This document shows, piece by piece, positions 60,406 through 64,000 of a stretch of DNA of 64,000 bases. The DNA comes from Tortispora ganteri (taxonomy: Eukaryota), in the NCBI GenBank assembly GCA_003707115.1, contig PPNB01000016.1:1-64000 (forward strand), in the 5' to 3' direction. Position 1 is the first letter of the stretch. Each line of letters opens with the position of its first letter. The position numbers were made by a program, and so were the translations under genes. The notes beneath the pieces were generated by a model, which made no database searches, was not told where the DNA came from, and saw only the letters and a program-made list of their open reading frames with translations.

Positions 60406-62391
60406 CTATGGCCTGAATCCTTCAGGATAAAATCCAAGAGAGTCGCGTTCATCGTCGAGAAGTCTCGCGTATTCGAGCAAAAGCAAAAATTTGTATGCAA
60501 GCATATCATCCTTTCGCATCACTTTGGCACTCCACTCTTTACCTGCATTTGCAATTCTAGCTGCAAGTTTTAGTCTTGGAGAGGTATAGTTATCAAATCC
60601 AGTGAAGTATACAAATGCTGAAAATGCTTCGTCAAAAGTAATATCAAGAGGAATGAAAGTTCCCCACGGTATTAAACGGGAATCATGCCATTCATGGAAA
60701 ATCGTAGACTTAAACGGCAACGAAGAGCACTGCAAAAACGCTAAAAATCGGCCAGAAAAGGTTGTACCATCAACATCAAATAAGTATTTGTGTCGCAGTA
60801 CGTCTTTGAAAGACATTTTCTCTTTTGGCGAGTAAGACAACTGTTCTATATCGCAATTCTCCGCAGAGCACAGATACATGCTCGTAAATGCCATGTCGCT
60901 GTATTTTTCTAAAAACGATGAAGGATCTTTATAACACATCCCATCGACACCAGGAACTCCAAGAGACTGAGCGACTGCAGAAGAACACATAAAGTTGTAT
61001 TTGGATTCACCATTGAAGGAAATTTTCGAGGAGTTGAACAGGTTTACCAACCTGTGACGTTGAAAATAGTCCCAGACATCGGGTCGATTAGTACCTTCAG
61101 TAGTAAGCCCTCTCCAAGGAGCCTTGTCTTCTTTCATCATAAAGTCCATATCCGCAGATTCGTCGTAGTCAAAGGTTTCGTCACCTGAAAAATGCATGTT
61201 AGGAGGGTAAAGAATATCATTATTAACGTTGAGCTTACTTTCAGTAAAAATAGGCACAAGGTCTCGCGTTATAATGTTATGTTCAGGTGCAGCAAGGTAT
61301 CCATGGTTGTATCGTGCATAAGGTCCAATATTGCATACGTCCATGGAGTAGTTGAAGTCGCGCACAAAACCGCCTTTTGGCGTCAGGTACATTTTTGCAG
61401 CCTTTTGTCGTATTTCAGTTACCGGGCTAGGATCAAATACAAGAGAATCAGGTGGACATGCTGAGTCTATGAGATCATAGCCGGGGTGATACGAATAATC
61501 AATCCAATGGAAAGGTATATTAGCGCGGTATTTGTCGTCAGGCGTATCATCATTCGTTGACGTGAAGGTGTGTTTCGGATTTTGAACCACTTTGCGAGTG
61601 GACTCTTCTTTAGCGTTGTACCTATTTATATCAACAAACGAAGCAATTACACGCGGTTCGTCTAGTATATTGACGGCAATGTCCATGTCGGGGAGGTACT
61701 CGACGAATGAGTCTAAAGTACGCTGAAACATGTTCATTCTCCAACCAGGATCCTCACCTTCAGTAGTAACAGCGGTTGCCGATCCATCACGGACTTTTAT
61801 AATTCCCATTCCAGGTTCGCCTTGAAGTCGCCTTACAGCTGCCCTTAGTGTTTCAGGGGGTACGCCCCAAAATGGGCGCAGATCGTCATAGATGCGGTCA
61901 AAATCTGTCAGGTCCCAAACGCTGCAGTTTATGGCATATTGATACCATATATCAAAATGCGGTGGAGGCGCTCGGTGATGCTTTTCAATATATATTTGCG
62001 TCAGTTTGGCTAGACTAGGGCGATTAGGAGTTAACCGATTATGGTAATCCAGAAGACCGCGAACGATCAAGGTTTGAACAGGATCGTCAGCAGAAAAGGC
62101 ACCGATCTCTTCTTGCTGGACAATACCCGTTTTAAGCGCTAGATCGTACAGATTACGTGACTCTTTATCGTCAAATCCGTCCGATGGCGCATAAAATAGC
62201 TCTGTTTTTGAGTTGACTGCACGATTACATCTGTCAGAGTAGAACCAGCATGTGTCGAAGAAGTTAAACAGTTTCAGAGTGATAAACACCAAAATTACCA
62301 ACACTGGCAGTGATCGCAGCTTGCGATTTGTGCAAATCATCTTAAACAAATTTTTATTGTCCGTCAATTGCCATGATCGAAGCCAGTTCAT
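60406..62391 (-). CDS. GT90 glycosyltransferase, CAP10/Cxt1-like (copy 3)
   Basis: N-terminal TM; HHRAPPPHFDIWY, IYDDLRPFWG, LPDMDIAVNILDEPRV, WRGLTTEG, KYLFDVDGTTFSGRF, EWHDSRLIPW, LEYARLLDDER. Alternative start at 62340. Confidence 0.93.
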   Translation of the reverse strand: MNWLRSWQLTDNKNLFKMICTNRKLRSLPVLVILVFITLKLFNFFDTCWFYSDRCNRAVNSKTELFYAPSDGFDDKESRNLYDLALKTGIVQQEEIGAFSADDPVQTLIVRGLLDYHNRLTPNRPSLAKLTQIYIEKHHRAPPPHFDIWYQYAINCSVWDLTDFDRIYDDLRPFWGVPPETLRAAVRRLQGEPGMGIIKVRDGSATAVTTEGEDPGWRMNMFQRTLDSFVEYLPDMDIAVNILDEPRVIASFVDINRYNAKEESTRKVVQNPKHTFTSTNDDTPDDKYRANIPFHWIDYSYHPGYDLIDSACPPDSLVFDPSPVTEIRQKAAKMYLTPKGGFVRDFNYSMDVCNIGPYARYNHGYLAAPEHNIITRDLVPIFTESKLNVNNDILYPPNMHFSGDETFDYDESADMDFMMKEDKAPWRGLTTEGTNRPDVWDYFQRHRLVNLFNSSKISFNGESKYNFMCSSAVAQSLGVPGVDGMCYKDPSSFLEKYSDMAFTSMYLCSAENCDIEQLSYSPKEKMSFKDVLRHKYLFDVDGTTFSGRFLAFLQCSSLPFKSTIFHEWHDSRLIPWGTFIPLDITFDEAFSAFVYFTGFDNYTSPRLKLAARIANAGKEWSAKVMRKDDMLAYKFLLLLEYARLLDDERDSLGFYPEGFRP

Positions 62392-63424
62392 CGCAAAGGA
62401 TCTTGCAGATTCCTAGAATGAAATAAAGAACTAGGCGTTTCAACCAACCGCGTAAAAAGAAATCTACTCAATACTACGTTTTAGTTGTTATAGTAACGGT
62501 TCCTGATTTAAGTACTTATTACAGTTTCTTGTGATAACAAAAGCTCGCAATGCTGCACATCCCACCCTGTTTGCAACAACCGCTAGATAAACCGCAATGT
62601 TTAATGCTTCTATATAGATACTCATAGCCCATAATATTGTTGTAGGGACGGCGATTTGAGCGCTAGAAACTATGAGACTCGGCCGAATATGCATATATCG
62701 CTTGGGAGTTGAAAAATAACTTTTTAAAGGACCAAATTGCGGGTGAGTGCCAATAGGCTACAGATAGGGAAAGGATCCCCGATTGTGTTTTGCATATCGA
62801 ATTACGAGATATTCACATTTGGCCTCACCACATTGCCATTCATTGAATATATATGAATGATTCATTTACGCTATTACAATAGATTGTTTTTTAGTTATTT
62901 TAAAGTCCTCATTATGACTTTTTGAACACATTGTGGTAGTGTTCGCAGTCACACGATAAGCTTTCCAAACAACGAGTTATCGCATTAGGATTGTCAAAGA
63001 TTAGAAATAAACCAATTAAAACCCGTTTTGCGACCTGTAAGTTGTATTTATCCCAAATCGGTAAAGTTTCCTTTTTACCACCCGTCGGCGCTCACTTTTT
63101 CCCTTCAGTTGCAGATACGGGCATCTCCGTTAGACTTGCAATATAAACTTCAGTTGAAAAGTTCCCTCTCCGACTAAGAGCGAATTTTCTCTTCTATTTA
63201 CTATCTATTACTTGCCGCTTCGCCTGCTTGAGGGAAATACTTGGCACTTTTCTAAAGTTGAATCTCAGATTTTTTTTTTCCTTCATTAACTAGATTTTCG
63301 CCTATCTTAAGCTTGCATTCGCAGTATCTTGTTACTTTCTTTTCATGATATCAGCTATCGTATCTATCTAACTTGCTCGATCTATACCGCTTATATTGCT
63401 GCTTTATTTATCTGACACTATTCG

Positions 63425-64000
63425 ATGCCTCATCATACAGAAGTACCCACTACTAAAAGAGCTATTCAGATTGCTTGCGCCGTCATATACTGCGTCCTCG
63501 CTGGTGGTATCGTCTTCGGCTTTGCCGCTTTGAAACCTGTACTTATAGCCGAAGGAGTTTATCACTCCGAATGTACTCCACAAGAAATTGAGGACCAGGT
63601 CCCTGTTTGTGCCGAGCAGGAAATTCGCCTTAACATCATCTTCACCTGCGCAGCAGTTCTCACCAATGTCGGCGCTCTTTTCGTCGGCAGAATCCTTGAT
63701 ACATATGGCCCGAGAGCTTCTGGTATTATTGGCGCTTTTCTTCTAGCCATAGGCTCTTTATTCATGGCTTTTGCTTTCCAAATAACAATCATTGATGCCT
63801 ACCTCGTTGGCTACCTATGCCTCGCTCTCGGTGGCCCATTTGTCTATATCTCCTCTTTCCAGCTATCTAACTCTTTCCCGCACATGTCAGGCACTGTGTT
63901 AGCAATGATTACCGGTGCCTTTGACGCTTCATCCGCCGTATTCTTTGTCTATAGACTCATTTACGAAGGCACTAATGGCTCCTTCTATCCAACAAAATTC
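63425..64000 (+). CDS. FMP42: Fmp42-like MFS transporter (SLC43/LAT3 family), truncated by the window end
   Basis: Not in the ORF track because it has no stop in the window. Manual translation: MPHHTEVPTTKRAIQIACAVIYCVLAGGIVFGFAALKPVLIAEGVY...QEIRLNIIF...LFVGRILDTYGPR...LALGGPFVYISSFQLSNSFP...ITGAFDASS. Confidence 0.9.
   Translation, partial: MPHHTEVPTTKRAIQIACAVIYCVLAGGIVFGFAALKPVLIAEGVYHSECTPQEIEDQVPVCAEQEIRLNIIFTCAAVLTNVGALFVGRILDTYGPRASGIIGAFLLAIGSLFMAFAFQITIIDAYLVGYLCLALGGPFVYISSFQLSNSFPHMSGTVLAMITGAFDASSAVFFVYRLIYEGTNGSFYPTKF

Noticed and set aside
1..64000. CRISPR arrays, rRNA, LTR retrotransposons or prokaryote-style operons
   Set aside because: No repeat-spacer arrays, rRNA-like sequence, LTRs or gag/pol motifs seen; the content is entirely fungal nuclear genes.

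Overview
Gene-dense, intron-poor fungal chromosome segment, most likely from a budding yeast (Saccharomycotina). The genetic code is standard: CTG sits at invariant Leu positions in 14-3-3 (QLLRD) and eIF2-gamma (ELER), so this is not a CUG-Ser/Ala yeast. About 31 protein-coding genes and one tRNA-Gly(GCC) are supportable. Bases 1-45 kb are mostly conserved housekeeping genes: SCY1, VMA13, MAK21, 14-3-3, TPS3/TSL1, EIS1, STE14, GCD11, CHC1, PBS2, a sulfate permease, RTT109 and SPO11. Bases 45-62 kb are an accessory-looking block with long intergenic spacers. It holds an intact but catalytically dead pogo/Fot1-type transposase derivative, three CAP10/Cxt1-like GT90 glycosyltransferases, a GNAT acetyltransferase, and a cyclase plus sugar-porter pair with many Mig1/CreA boxes. 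The ORF track misses two spliced gene models, which I rebuilt by hand: TPS3 with an AAG acceptor, and a 72-aa DDR2/HOR7-like cell-wall gene whose 452-nt intron appears to fold into a nested rod. It also misses a 3'-truncated FMP42-like gene at the window end. Best leads are the probably domesticated transposase beside SPO11, the structured intron, a LAMTOR3-like roadblock protein, the GT90 triplet, and an orphan secreted protein with 8-aa TVTVVDIQ repeats. All family calls come from motif recognition by eye; no database search was run.
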